This document shows positions 25,335 to 38,370 of a stretch of DNA of 64,000 nucleotides, piece by piece. The notes under the pieces are model-generated. The model made no database searches and had not been told where the DNA came from. It was given only the letters and a program-made list of their open reading frames with translations. The stretch comes from Chiloscyllium plagiosum. Taxonomy: Eukaryota. Made by a program: the position numbers and the translations under genes. Location: NCBI RefSeq assembly GCF_004010195.1, contig NC_057718.1:105044300-105108299 (forward strand), read 5' to 3'. How positions within the stretch are numbered: the stretch's first letter is position 1; each line of letters starts with the position of its first letter.

Positions 25335-25650
25335 GGCTCATGGACAATGTGGCTGGATAGGCATCCTGAGACCAACGCTAATACTTTGGGTTCAGTGTAC
25401 AACTGGTGAAACTTAAATTCAATTCACATAATCTAAACATTTAAAAAGCTAGTCCAATGAGGAAAATGAAACTATTGTCAAATGTCATAAAAACCCATCT
25501 GGATCACTAATGTCCTTTAGGGAAGGAAATCTGCCATCCTTACCTGATCTGGTCAAAGTGGTTGACTCTTAACTGTCCCCTGGGCAATTCGAGATGGTCA
25601 ATAAATGCTGGCCTAGCCAGTGACACCCTCACCCAATTAATGAATAAAAA
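25335..25650 (+). mobile_element. SINE with LINE-derived tail
   Basis: AAAACCCATCTGG..CCTTTAGGGAAGGAAATCTGCC core; tail CAATAAATGCTGGCCTAGCCAGTGAC..AATAAAAA. Confidence 0.75.
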
Positions 25651-25856
25651 TACACAAAACTATTTGTAAACATTGACAAGATTAAGCTGGATATCTTAGA
25701 AAATTTGGGGATATGTAGCCAAGGTTCAGAAAGTTTAACATTTTGATTTAACTCTATAACGAAAAGTTAGAAAGAATAAGTTGTTGCAAAAAAAATGCCA
25801 TGTTTTAAAGATGTTTCAGTGCTTTTAATCTGCTCTGTGTCCTTTCAATATTTCAG

Positions 25857-25963
25857 GATGGAACTTCTCTCACTGGCTGGTATGGAGCAGCTTCCTAATT
25901 ACTCTGGCTAGCAGTGCATTCTTCCTTTTCTTGGCGACGGTGATAATGAAAATAAGAAAATAG
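25857..25963 (+). CDS. ABCH-like transporter, terminal coding exon
   Basis: tttcAG acceptor, phase 1; (G)WNFSHWLVWSSFLITLASSAFFLFLATVIMKIRK-TAG, last TM helix with basic tail. Confidence 0.92.
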
Positions 25964-26519
25964 TGACGGAACAACATGGAGCAGTGAGCAGCTCTTACCT
26001 AGAAAGGCCATCTCCTGAACAAGGAGGGCTGCGAACATTTGTTAAATTGAATTCGAGTGAGATTGTAAATGTGAAAATGAAGGTTGGTCCCGCTGCTTTT
26101 AACACTTTCCCTTGATTTTATGAAATGCTCAGATGGAAACGATTTGTAATGAACATGAGTCATTCTTATGATGTACATCTGTCAATCTTTCTGATTGTTG
26201 CATCAGAAACTTGTTGACCTGATGTTGCCTGATTGTTCCTGCTCAGTCTTCTCTCTTCAAACTGTGATAATGCAGTAAAGGTGACAATACAGAACTTGGT
26301 TACTGCTGGAAAAGAGAGACATGTCAAAGCATTCCTCTTTCACACTCATCAGGAGAGATGCAGCAATGCCAAGTCTCAAAGGGAACCACAATTTATTATA
26401 TAGTAGTGCCCACCAGGGATAATAGTGCCCCCTGGACACATTCCTTGTGTATGCAGAGGACTGCTCCCTGCACATGAATATGTACAGATTCCAGCAAGCA
26501 GGAGTGAATCTCTTGCAAG

Positions 26520-26885
26520 ATCAATTGATCTCACGGAAATGTATCATATTCCTCAGGGTTTTGACAGGGTTGGTTTTGGGAAAATGTTTTCCCTGGCTGG
26601 AGAGCCTTGAACACAAGACACCATTTCGGGATATAAGTTCAATCATTTAGGACTGAACTGAGGAGAACTTTCATGATCTAAAGGGTTGGGAATCTTTGGA
26701 ATTCTTTTGCCCAGTGCGTTCTGAATGGTCACTCACTGGGTGTATTTAAGATGGCGATCAATAAATTCTTGGGTATCAGGAAGAATTGTGGGGACTATGG
26801 GAATAGAATGGAGTTGAGGTAGGAGATTGGCTATGCCCATATTGAATGGGAAGTGGGCTGTATGGCCTTTCCTAATATCTGTTTC
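26520..26885 (+). mobile_element. Old CR1 3' fragment in the putative 3' UTR
   Basis: DLTEMYHI..GFDRV..KMFSLAGE remnant. Confidence 0.7.
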
Positions 26886-26909
26886 TTATGGTCTCAAGGG
26901 TCTACCGAA

Positions 26910-27076
26910 CTGAGATAGTACTCCATAGATCTGACAGTGTCTTTGGAAAGAGAAACAATGTTAACATCTTGTGTTGAGTCTAACTAACAGTCAAACTGGA
27001 GAAACTCTGTTTCTCTCACCACAAACACTGCCAGACCTGCTGAGCTTCTCTAGCACTTTTTGTCTTTATTTCAGAT
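26910..27076. mobile_element. Degenerate fold-back family C element
   Basis: AACTCTGTTTCTCTCACCACAAACACTGCCAGACCTGCTGAG preceded by a decayed inverted arm. Confidence 0.6.
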
Positions 27077-28214
27077 CTGCCCGGTGGGATAGTGCCTACA
27101 TGCCCATGTAAATGCCATAACACTTTGTCTTTTGAAGCAAAACACAGCCCTCTAAGGCCAGTTACTGGCGTGTGTCTCTCAGCCTGCTGCACATTAGTTA
27201 CCCATTAGCAAAAAGACAGAACAATATGAACACATGGTATAGTGGATGGAGGTTGCATGTCTAGTGTGGTATAGTTCACTGGAAGAAACACATTCCACAA
27301 ACAAACTGCCTCATCTGACAGTCCCACTTCATTATTACTGTAAACAGAAGTTCATGTTTCTTTCAATAGAGCTTTCATAAACAATTCTGAAACAAATGGT
27401 TCCAGTGTTAGCTTTAGGTACGTCTGTGTAAAATAATGATGCCATAACATCTTCCTGTTACTAAGGAAACATCCTAGTAAAGTGAACTATGTTGCTAAGT
27501 AAACAGTTAATAATGCGATATCAGCACTGCTCTTGAATGCCTTTTGATTCCATTAAATTTCAGGAGATGGTTTAAGACAGCCTGGTGTTTCTATCCGAAA
27601 AGCAGAGAAAGGAATGTGTTCATTAAGCCTGTACCAGACTGCCATGTCTGGTACAGGCTTAATGTCTGTCCATTTGGAATGTCCTGAGGTAGTGGGATTT
27701 CAGTCAAGGTGGCACAGTAGAAACTGACCTCAAAAGCTACCAAACTACACTCAGCTTGGGGGCTGCTGTAGTTATTGACACAATGAGTGACAGTTCCCTC
27801 CAATCTCTCTCTGCTCGTTGAATGAGGCAGTAGCTTACAAAGTGTGAAAAGGGAAAAAAGAAATTTTATTGCTGTCCTCTAAAATATATCAGGAATTCAA
27901 AGTTAGTTTTTTAAAAAGTTATTGTTCAGATAATGGTGACACCCTCACATTTCATTTGTGTTTATCATCTACACAAAAAAAGATAAATTGTTTGGACCAA
28001 GTTGTATTTTTAACTCAAAATACTCAGTCTGATCATTCTCATCCCAATGTGCCTGACAAACTGGAAGTGATTTGAATATGACCTGTTATTTTTAAAGCAA
28101 TGTTCAGAGTGAAATTCTAGTGATGCAGTGTTAGTCAATAAATAGATTTATAAACAAATCTGTTACTGTAAAACTGATCTTTGAATAGGTTCTCACTTGT
28201 TTCAAATCTTCACC

Positions 28215-28578
28215 TATAGAATCATAGAGGCATAGAGCTGTACAGCACGGAAACAGACCCTTCGGTTCAACTTGTCCATGCCAACCAGATATCCTAAATT
28301 AATCTAGTCCCATTTGCCAGTATTTGGTCCATATCCCTCTCAACCCTTCCTACTCATATACCCATCCAGATGCATTTTAAATGTTGTCATTGTACCAGCC
28401 TCCACCACTTCCTCTGGCAGCTCATTCCATACACGCACCACCCTCTGTGTGAAAAAGTTGCCCCTTAGCTCCCTTTTATATCTTTCCCCTCTCACCTTAA
28501 CCCTATGCCCTTTCATTTTGGACCCAGGGAAAAGACCTTTTTATTCACCCTATCCATGCCTCTCATGATTTTATAAAT
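28215..28578 (-). mobile_element. CR1 family A 3' end
   Basis: Reverse complement of the 5800-6160 tail. Confidence 0.92.
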
Positions 28579-28642
28579 ATCAATTTGTATACAAGGAGCA
28601 AGAGGGTAACTAGAGAAAGGGTTGGCCCACTCAAGTACAAAG

Positions 28643-28878
28643 ACAGAAAAAATCAACTAGGCGAAAGTGAGGACTGCAGATGTGGGAGATTAGAGTCTGG
28701 ATCAGAGTGGCGCTGGAAAAGCACAGCAGGTTAGGCAGCACCCAGGAGCAGGAAAATCGACGTTTTGGGCAGGAGCCCTTCATTCCTGATGAAGGGCTTT
28801 TGCTCGAAACGTTGATTTTCCTTCTCCTCGGATGCTACCTGACCTGCTGTGCTTTTCCAGCACCACTCTAATCTTGAT
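28643..28878. mobile_element. Fold-back Penelope-like family A insertion
   Basis: ~85-bp inverted arms centred at ~28785; TACAAAG at 28636-28642 and 28879-28885. Confidence 0.9.
28781..28818 (+). ncRNA. Minimal hammerhead ribozyme core (family A)
   Basis: ATTC-CTGATGA(28786)-A-GGGC-TTTT-GCTC-GAAACGTT-GATT; palindrome ACGT. Confidence 0.7.
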
Positions 28879-29017
28879 TACAAAGGAGGAAAGTTGTGCT
28901 TGGGGTCAGAGAAAATGGGTGAGATGCTTAATGAGGACTTTGTGTCAGTATTCACCAAGGAGAGGGACATGACGGATGTTGAGGTTAAGGAAGATGTTTG
29001 ATTAGTCTAGGTCAAGT

Positions 29018-31789
29018 TAGGGCATGGTTCGGAACATGGGCTGGGATATCAAAGGAATTACAAAAACATGGCTCAGGGATGGGCAGGACTGGCAGCTTAA
29101 TGTTCCAGGATACAAATGCTACANNNNNNNNNNNNNNNNNNNNNNNNNNNNNNNNNNNNNNNNNNNNNNNNNNNNNNNNNNNNNNNNNNNNNNNNNNNNN
29201 NNNNNNNNNNNNNNNNNNNNNNNNGAAATTGAGAAACAATTTTGTAAGGAGGTCTCAGTTATCTGTAAGAATAATAGGGTAGTTATGGTAGGGGATATTA
29301 ACTTTCCAAACATAGACCGGGACTGCCATAGCGTTAAGGGTTTAGATGGAGAGGAATTTCTTAAATGTGTACAAGACAATTTTCTGATTCAGTATATGCA
29401 TGTACCTACTAGGGAAGGTGCAAAACTTGACCTACTCTTGGGAAATGAGGCAGGGCAGGTGACTGAGGTGTCAGAGGGGAGCACTTTGGGGCCAGCGACC
29501 ATAATTCTATTAGATTTAAAATAGTGATGGAAAAGGATAGACCAGATCTAAAAGTCAAAGTTCTAAATTGAAGAAAGGCCAATTTTGACGATATTAGGCA
29601 AGAACTTTCGAAAGCTGATTNNNNNNNNNNNNNNNNNNNNNNNNNNNNNNNNNNNNNNNNNNNNNNNNNNNNNNNNNNNNNNNNNNNNNNNNNNNNNNNN
29701 NNNNNNNNNNNNNNNNNNNNNNNNNNNNNNNNNNNNNNNNNNNNNNNNNNNNNNNNNNNNNNNNNNNNNNNNNNNNNNNNNNNNNNNNNNNNNNNNNNNN
29801 NNNNNNNNNNNNNNNNNNNNNNNNNNNNNNNNNNNNNNNNNNNNNNNNNNNNNNNNNNNNNNNNNNNNNNNNNNNNNNNNNNNNNNNNNNNNNNNNNNNN
29901 NNNNNNNNNNNNNNNNNNNNNNNNNNNNNNNNNNNNNNNNNNNNTGCTTTGGCAAATAGAATTAAGGAGAATCCAAAGGGTTTTTATAAATTCATTAAGG
30001 ACAAAAGGGTAACTAGGGAGAGAATAGGGCCCATCAAAGATCAGCAAGGCGGTCTTTGTGTAGAGTCACAGGAGATGGGGGAGATACTAAATGAATATTT
30101 TGCATCAGTGTTTACTGTGGAAAAGGATATGGAAGATATAGACTGTAGGGAAATAGATGGTGACATCTTGAAAAATGTCCGAATAACAGAGGAGGAAGTG
30201 CTGGATGTCTTGAAACGCATAAAAGTGGATAAAACCCCTGATCAGGTGTACCCGAGAACTCTGTGGGAAGCTAGAGAAGTAATTGCTGGGCCTCTTGCTG
30301 AGATATTAGTATCATCGATAATCACAGATGAGGTGCTGGAAGACTGGAGGTGGGTTAACGTGGTGCCCCTGTTTAAGAAGGGTGATAAAGACAAGCCAGG
30401 GAACTACAGAACAGTGAGCCTGAGCTCGGTGGTGGGCAAGTTGTTGGAGGGAATCCTGAGGGACAGGATGTACATGTATTTGGAAAGGCAAGGACTGATT
30501 AGGGATAGTCAACATGGTTTTGTGCATAAGAAATTATGTCTCACAAACTTGATTGAGTTTTTTGAGGAAGTAACAAAGAAGATTGATGAGGGCAGAGCGG
30601 TAGGTGTGCGGCACGGTGGCACAGTTTGGGCGGCACGGTGGCACAGTGTTTAGCACTGCTGCCTCACAGCGTCAGAGACCTGGGTTCAATTCCCCCCTCA
30701 GGCGACTGACTGTGTGGAGTTTGCACATTCTCCCCGTGTCTGCGTGGGTTTCCTCCGGGTGCTCCGGTTTCCTCCCACAGTCCAAAGATGTGCAGGTCAG
30801 GTGAATTGACCATGCTAAATTGCCCCTAGTGTTAGGTAAGGGATAAATGTAGGGGTCTGGGTGGTTTGCGCTTCGGCGGGTCGGTGTGGACTTGTTGGGC
30901 CGAAGGGCCTGTTTCCACACTGTAAGTAATCTAANNNNNNNNNNNNNNNNNNNNNNNNNNNNNNNNNNNNNNNNNNNNNNNNNNNNNNNNNNNNNNNNNN
31001 NNNNNNNNNNNNNNNNNNNNNNNNNNNNNNTCTTAGCAGGACTTATACACTTAATGGTAAGGTCCTAGGGAGTGTTGCTGAACAAAGAGACCTTGGAGTG
31101 CAGGTTCATAGCTCCTTGAAAGTGGATTCGCAAGTAGATAGGATAGTGAAGAAGGCGTTTGGTATGCTTTCCTTTATCGGTCAGAGTATTGAATACAGTT
31201 GGGAGGTCATGTTGTGGCTGTACAGGACATTAGTTAGGCTACTTTTAAAATATTGCGTGCAATTCTTGTCTCCTTCCTATCAGAAGAATGTTATGAAACT
31301 TGAAAGGGTTCAGAAAAGATTTACAAGGATGTTGCCAAGGTTGGAGGATTTGAGCTATAGGGAGAGGTTGAATAGGCTGAGGCTGTTTTCCTGGAATGTC
31401 AGAGGCTGAGAGGTGATCTTATAGAGGTTTATAAAATCATGAAGAGCATGGATAGGATAAATAAACAAGGTCTTTTTCCTGGGGTGGAGGAGTCCAGAAC
31501 TAGAGGGCATAGGTTTAGGGTGAGAGGGGGAAAATATAAACAGATCTAAGGGGCAACTTTTTCACACAGAGCGTGGTGCATGTGTGGAATGAGCTGCCAG
31601 AGAAAGTGGTGGAGGCTGGTACAATTGCAACATTTAAAAGGCATCTGGATGGGTATATGAATAGGCAGGGTTTGGAGGAATATTGTCCAGGTGTTGGAAG
31701 TGGGACTAGATTGGATTGGGATATCTGGTCTGCTTGGACAAGTTGGACTGAAGGGTTTGTTTCCTTGATATACATGTCTATGACTCTAA
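29018..31789 (+). mobile_element. CR1 family A ORF2 (APE endonuclease to 3' tail), gapped, nested in family B
   Basis: VMVGDINFPNID, LDLLLGNE, PGNYRTVSL, QHGF, CLTNLIEFFEEVT motifs; CTATGACTCTA tail. Confidence 0.92.
30608..30934 (+). mobile_element. HE1-type tRNA-derived V-SINE
   Basis: A box TGGCACAGTGT and B box GGGTTCAATTCC, V-domain GTGGGTTTCCTCCGGGTGCTCCGGTTTCCTCCCACA, CR1-like tail. Confidence 0.92.
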
Positions 31790-33689
31790 GTGAGCATAAG
31801 GAGGGAGGAAGTGTTGGGTATTCTAAAAGGCATTAAAGTGGACAAGTCCCCAGGTCCAGATGGGATCTATCCCAGGTTTGATGGGAAGTGAGAGAGCAAA
31901 CAGCAGGGGCTTTAACAGATATCTTTGCAGCATCCTTGAACATGGGTGAGGTCCCAGATGACTGGAGAATTGCTAATGTTGTCCCCTTGAGATAATCCAG
32001 GTAATTATAGACCAGTGAATCTGATGTCAGTGGTAGGTAAGTTGCTGGAGAAGATAGTGCAGGATAGGATCTTTTTACATTGGGAAGAAAATGGGCTGGT
32101 CAGCGATAGGAAGCATGGTTTTGCACAGGGAAGGTCATGTCTTACCAACTTATTAGAATTTTTGAGGAAGTGACAAAGTTGATTGATGAGGGAAGGGCTG
32201 TAGATGCCATGTACGTGGACTTCTGTAAGGCATTTGATAAGGTTTCCCGTGATAGGCTGATGGAGAAGGTGAAGTCGCATGGGGTCCAAAGTATTCTAGC
32301 TAGATGGATAGAGAGCTGGCTGGGCAACAGGAGACAGAGTTGTAGTGGAAGGGAGTTTCTCAAAATGGAGCCCTGTGACCAATGGTGTTCCACAGGGATC
32401 CGTGCTGGGACCACTGTTGTTTGTGATATACATAAATGATCTGCAGGAAGTTATGGCTGGTCTGATTAGCAAGCTCACAGATGACACTAAGATTGGTGGA
32501 GTAGCAGATAGTGAACGGGACTTACAGAGAATGCAGCAGAATATAGGTAGATTGGAGAGTTGGGCAGACAAATGGCAGATGGAGTTCAATCCGGGCAAAT
32601 GTGAGGTGATGCATTTTGGAAGATCCAATTCTGGAGTCAATTGTACGGTAAATGGAAAAGTCCTGGGGAAAATTGATGTACAGAGAGATCTGGGTGTTCA
32701 GGTCCATTGTTCCCTGAAGGTGGCAAGGTAGGTCAGTAGAGTGGTCGAGAAGGCATACGGCATGCTTCCCTTCATCGGACGGGGTATTGAGTACAAGAGT
32801 TGGCAGGTCATGTTACATTTGTATAAGACTTTGGTTCAGCCACATTTGGAATACTGTGTACAGTTCTGGTCACCACATTACTCAAAGGATGTGGATGCTT
32901 TGGAGAGGGTGCAGAGGGGGTTCACCAGGATGTTGCCTGGTATGGAGGGTGCTAGCTATGAAGAGAAGTAAACTAGGATTATTTTCATTGGAAAGACGCA
33001 GTTTGAGGGGGGACCTGATTGAGGTCTACAAAATCATGAGAGGTGTAAACAGGGTGGACAGCAAGAAACTATTTCCCAGAGTGAGGGACTCAATTACTAA
33101 GGGTCACGAGTTCAAGGTGAGAGGGGAAAAGTTTAAGGGAGATATGCATGGAAAGTTCTTCACACAGAGGGTGTTGAAAGCCTGGAACACGTTTCCAGCG
33201 GAGGTGGTAGAGGCTGGCATGATAGCGTCATTTAAGATGTATCTAGACAGATAGATGAATAGGCAGGGAGCATAGAGATACAGATCCTCAGATTTAGATA
33301 GAGGATCTGGATCAGTGCAGAGTTGGAGGGCCGAAGGGCCTGTTCCTGTGGTGTAATTTTCTTTGTTCTGTATAAGGTCATCCCTCAGCCTCCGATGTCA
33401 CAAGGGAAGTTGATTTATTTCCGTGCAGCGGTTTCATATTAATGGCTAATAGTCAAACTAACTTTCCTGTGCCTCCTAATTTCAGTCTGTCAATCCATGT
33501 TTCACATTTGCTTCAATGTGGACCTTTGTCACCCTTGAAAACATGACACACCCACATTCAACGTGGAGAGGGCAGTGTTGCCATGAAAGATGTTTCCTCT
33601 CTGTGACAAGACAGGACTTGCATGTGATTGGTATTGAGGATCTTGTAAAGCCACTTCTAAAGCATAGGTACTGCTCCATCACAGGGAAA

Positions 33690-33905
33690 CAATCACAGCC
33701 ATTAATGCACAGCCAAGTCCCACAGACCGTGTGAAGGTAAGGTTGCCCTGATAATCTGGCTTTAACTGGTTTAGGGATAACCAGTTACCAACCTGGAGGG
33801 AATGAAACATTAACCTGATCTGACATGCCAGGACATGCCTCTGTGGCAGGTGGTACTTGAACCAGGCATCCTGGCCCAGAGGCAAGGACACTACCATTGT
33901 ACACT
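33690..33905 (-). mobile_element. Degenerate tRNA-derived SINE
   Basis: Minus strand GTACAATGGTAGTGTCC..GGTTCAAGTACC A/B-box head. Confidence 0.55.
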
Positions 33906-34374
33906 GTGTAGCTAATAATTTCAGGCCAGGTAAAAATGCGTTGAAATCATATTTCTTAAAGAAAAACCCACAGAGTTGCAATGTGTGAAATTACTCCAAG
34001 AAACTTGCAGATTATGAAACTACTGCGGTATTGCACTTACAAAGCCTGCACCTAAAGTGATTCATAATGTCAAACTTGTATATAAAGTCAAGAATATGTT
34101 CTTGGCAGTGCTGTATTCTGCAAGTGAAGGAGTAATGTGAGTTTGACATACAACACTTGCAACAAATGACCAACCCTCGTAACCATAGTAACTTGCCAAT
34201 CCATTTGAACAATTCAAAGTGTCATATCCCAGCTATCTTGAGTACAAATTAAGATACGAAAAATAAACTGTGTTAAAATGCTGATGATTCATTTTCATGG
34301 CCCTCTGCAATAATAATGACATAATAAACATTGACAATTACAAAACGTAAATGAATCAGCTTTTCTTTTTGCAG

Positions 34375-34492
34375 GAACAAACACAGGAAGTGTTGGAGAA
34401 ACTCAGTTGGTCTGTCTGGCAACATCTGTACAGAGAGAAACAGAGTCCACTGACTCTTCATCAGACTTCCAGTATTTGCGTTCTGTTTTTAA
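34375..34492. mobile_element. Degenerate family C element
   Basis: GTTGGAGAAACTCAG..GTCTGGCAACATCTGTACAGAGAGAAACAGAGT..CTTCATCAG. Confidence 0.6.
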
Positions 34493-36304
34493 TTCACTTT
34501 TTGCAGGTTCAGTTCTGTTTCTAGTTTAAGTTTGTTAGGATGTAGCTTCCCCCAATCAGCCTGTGTCCCACTTGGTTAGGAATTATTACTTGCAGCACTT
34601 GTCACTCAGTCCCTCGACACAAACTGACCCTCCTAGATTTGACTTGCCTCTGACTCCTTTCCACAACCTTCCCTGTGCAAATCCGTTATGTCCAGTTGGA
34701 TCAGCCCTTCTTTAGTGGCCAGACGTAATTTCAGAGAGTCATTGCTCGGGGAATTGTGAATTTTTAGCAGCATTCAAGCAAGAAACCACACCAACTTCTG
34801 CAAAGTACTCCTCCGTTATATTTTTTTCCAGTTTATTAGGTATATATCATAATTAGAAAAGATCATTGAAAAGTTACAAAATTGGGATCATTTTGTACTT
34901 GAAATCAACTCTCTGGGAATACAAAGGTCTCAGGTCGTTGTCTGTAGCTCTTTGCCAATTCTATGTGTCAAACCAGCTTTGTGTGTTTAACAAGGGACAA
35001 TGCAACTTCGCAGTAATATGTGGCCAGAACATAAAGACGCAATCTATATCATCTATCAAACATTATCAGTCTTATCATTAAACAATACCTTTGGGAGAGT
35101 TAACTCAGCTCCTTTCATACTATTGGTTTAATAAATCAGGGATTGAGTTGGTGGCATTTCTCTTCCTCAAAGCTTTAAGTATGTAAAACAGCATGTAAAC
35201 ATTCCGTCTGCCTGGATACTGTATCCATGGTGACACAACAACAGATCAGAGTCTGTACCAAAACAACATGATGAAGAACACTGGTTACATTCAGTTCATC
35301 TGTTGGAGTGACTATGTGGTGTAAACACAGGCATCTATCTAACTGCTGTTCCATCATGTAACTTCACCTAAAGTGCTAAAATACTGCTTTCTTCAGCTTC
35401 AAGTTGTTTCCAGAGTAATTTAACAGATATTACGTTTCGGATGTGATAGTGACAGTCCAGACATATTGCAAGCTCAAGCGATTGTGTTGTCAAGCTTTCT
35501 ACTGAGTTTACCCCTCTCCAATCTATTCTTTCTGTTCACTCCCCGAAGGTATTGTTGCTGGAGATATCATTGCCCAATCTGAAGAAAGCCAGAGGAGCCA
35601 ATCATCTCCTGGAAGACTCCCAACTCCACTTTATAACCAGATATGCAATGATTGGTATTGACCTCCCTGTTCATTATCAAATACCTTTGCAACATCCTGT
35701 TTCTCAGCACTTTCCCTGAAAAATACAATGGAGATGAGCAGCTTCATGGATGGAGGATGCTGGGTTTGAAACTTGTTTCAACATTCCTTGTTGACACATC
35801 GACACCATGTTGTCCCCAGCTCTGCCCGTCCTCAGCACTGTGCGAGGGAGACCGAAGAAATAGTGTGAAATCTGGGGTAAGTCAGAATTGGCTCAGAGTC
35901 AGAGCCAGAGATTTATGGTGTCAACTTCCGATCCAAAGACTTGAGCTCATAATCGAGGGAAATAATTCACTGCGGCACCAAGAGACGTGCTGTCCACTGC
36001 CTGGGAAATTCCACAGAGAGCCAGCTGTGGGGTTACATTTGAAGATAGGCGTATTATCCCTTTGCTGGACTCTCCAACATTCAGATGATCAGGTTCTGTT
36101 TATCTGGTTGTGCCTTTGAGATGCTTCCTTTGTGTAAATTGACCACCATCTTTGATCCATTACAATGGAGGGACAAAGTGCTCTGAGTGGCACCAATGCA
36201 TTCCTTGGATGTCCAAAGATTATGTAAGGCTCAACAGAAGTGCAAGACCATTCGTACATCCTGGCATCATGTGATCTACTGGCCAATCGAAGAATGGCCA
36301 AGTG

Positions 36305-37470
36305 ATGGTGACTTCAAGTCAGGATGGTGAGTGACTTGGAAGGGAACTTGTAGCTGGTGATGTGTATCTGCTGCCCTCATCCTTTAAGATGGTAGAGATC
36401 ACATGTTTAGAAGGTGCTGTCAGAGAGTACTTTCAGAGAGCGGATGTCTTCATGAGACATAGCAGGGGATCCTGTAGAGAGTATACACTGCTGCTACTGA
36501 CCGTCAGTGGTGGAGGGAGTTGATGTTTGTGGATGTGGTGCCAATCAAATGGGCTGCTGTTTCCTGGATGGTGTCAAGCTTCTTGAGTGTTGTTGGAGCT
36601 GTCCCCATCCAGGGCAAGTGGGGAGTATTCCATCAGGATCTGGGACTCAGGAGGTGAGTTACTCACTGCAGGATCCCTTGTCTTTGGCCTGCTCTTGTAG
36701 CTACTCTATTTATGTGGCTTGTTAAGTTGAGTTTCTAGGCAATGGTAACCCGCAGGATGTTGATAGTGGGGGAGTCAGTGATGGTAACTCTAATAAATGT
36801 CAAGGGGCAGTGGTTAGAATGTCCCTTATTGGTGATGGTCATAGCCTGGCAATTGTGTGATGTGAATGTTACTTGCCACTTTTCAGCCCGAGCCTGGATA
36901 TTGCTGCATTTGAACATGAACTGGTTGTTCGTGAGGAATCATGAATGGTGCTGAACATTGTGCAATATCAGCGAACATCCCCACTTCTGCCCTTCTGCTG
37001 GAGGGAAGCTCATTGATGAAGCAGCTGAAGATGGTTGGGCCTGGGATTCTACCCTGAGGTCTTCCTGCAGAGATGTCCTGGAGCTGAGATGACTGACCCT
37101 CCAACAACCAAGACCATCTTCCTATGTGTCAGATTCCCAATTGCTGTTGATTCCAGTTTTGCTGGCATTGCTGATGTCACACTCGGTCAAACGTGGCCTT
37201 GATGTTAAGGGCTGTTACTCTAACCTCTCCTCTGGAATTCAGCTCTTTTGTCTCTGTTAGAATCAATAAGGTAAGTAGCCCTGGTGAAACTCAAAACTGA
37301 GCATCAATGAGCAGCTTATTACTGAGTTAGTGCTGCCCTCGATAAAATTGTCTATGACACCTCTGGCACTCCACTGATGATTGAGAGTCGACTGTTGGAG
37401 TGGTATTTGCCAGATTAGCTCCATCTGCCTTTTGTGGACAGGATACACCTGGGCAATCACCCATTGTCAG
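36305..37470 (-). mobile_element. CR1/L2-group LINE RT fragment (second family)
   Basis: ISAG.PQG..GPTIFSCFINELP..MFAD and WQVTF..CQAMTI motifs on the minus strand. Confidence 0.88.
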
Positions 37471-38159
37471 CAATGAGCCTCTTGACTAAAGAAAAGTGCT
37501 TGAGAATAAGAATCCTAAATGAAGAATAAATAAAAGAGGAACAACTGTTCTCTGAGTGTACATGAACTGAACAGTACGGTGAGCTGCAGTTAAAATTAGA
37601 AAATAGAATTTATATATAAAATCAAGTGGAGTTAGAATTACAAAGAAATCATGTATGATAACTTTTTCCAAAAATGTCAACTTGCCAAAATTAATGTGTT
37701 TAATGATTATATTGAAAACAGACAAACTTTTTCTGCAAGAAATAATTACCCCATAATTCAATTCCTTTCACCTATAAATTGAAGAAAACAGGGTTTACAC
37801 AAAAATAAACAATTCCTGCACCATCTGTTGTGGAAATATTTAACTGTTTCCAGCAGGAACAGTGAGCAATCTGACACCATCCTCCTACAGATAACACGCC
37901 TGTGACTTGCAACCTCCCAGAGGAGCACAACTGTTAATCTCACTTGAGACTGTAAGTACATGACACGCCTGAGTCGGAATGTCAAACTCGAGGGCAATCA
38001 CTGCAATGATTACTGACACATCACCGTCAGGTTTAAAATGGGATAACTATCAGAAATATCAAAATGGCACCCATGCATTACACAGACATGGCCCAGAATA
38101 TCAGCTGACCATGACAGACCACTGGAAACATCTGCGCTCACATGAACTTCTGAGGGAGA

Positions 38160-38370
38160 GACAGGGGAGTGAGTGGGAAACAGGGGGTGAGGAGGACATG
38201 GGGGGGTGAGGGGTAGACTGGGTGTGGGGTTGAGGGGGAGGTGGGGAGTGAGGGGGAGGTGGGGAGAGATGGGAGGTGATGGGGAGTGAGGGGGAAATGA
38301 GTGGGTGATGGGGAGACTGGGGATGAGGAGGATACTGGAGAGGGGAGAGACCAGGGTGAGGAGGAGACAT
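38160..38370. repeat. G/A-rich low-complexity tract
   Basis: Multiple G-runs with an irregular GGGGAGTGAG motif. Confidence 0.8.

Larger units (their letters stand above)
28585..33370 (+). mobile_element. CR1 family B ORF2 (28585-29017 joined to 31790-33370), split by nested insertions
   Basis: Linker region resumes at 31790 and runs through RT (VPQGSVLGPLLF, KLTDD, LEYCVQFWSP) to a TTTCTTTGTTCT tail distinct from family A. Confidence 0.85.

Noticed and set aside
28137..28142. AATAAA as the ABCH poly(A) signal
   Set aside because: Plausible, but other hexamers (26760, ATTAAA ~27552) exist; cannot be resolved without 3'-end data.
30628..30700. tRNA gene (also 40810-40880)
   Set aside because: tRNA-derived head of an HE1 SINE followed by V-domain and LINE tail.
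35265..35355. C/D box snoRNA suggested by ATGATGA
   Set aside because: No properly placed terminal CTGA D box.
37850..37957. AG...GTAAGT-bounded candidate exon
   Set aside because: Stop codons in all three frames; no supporting homology.
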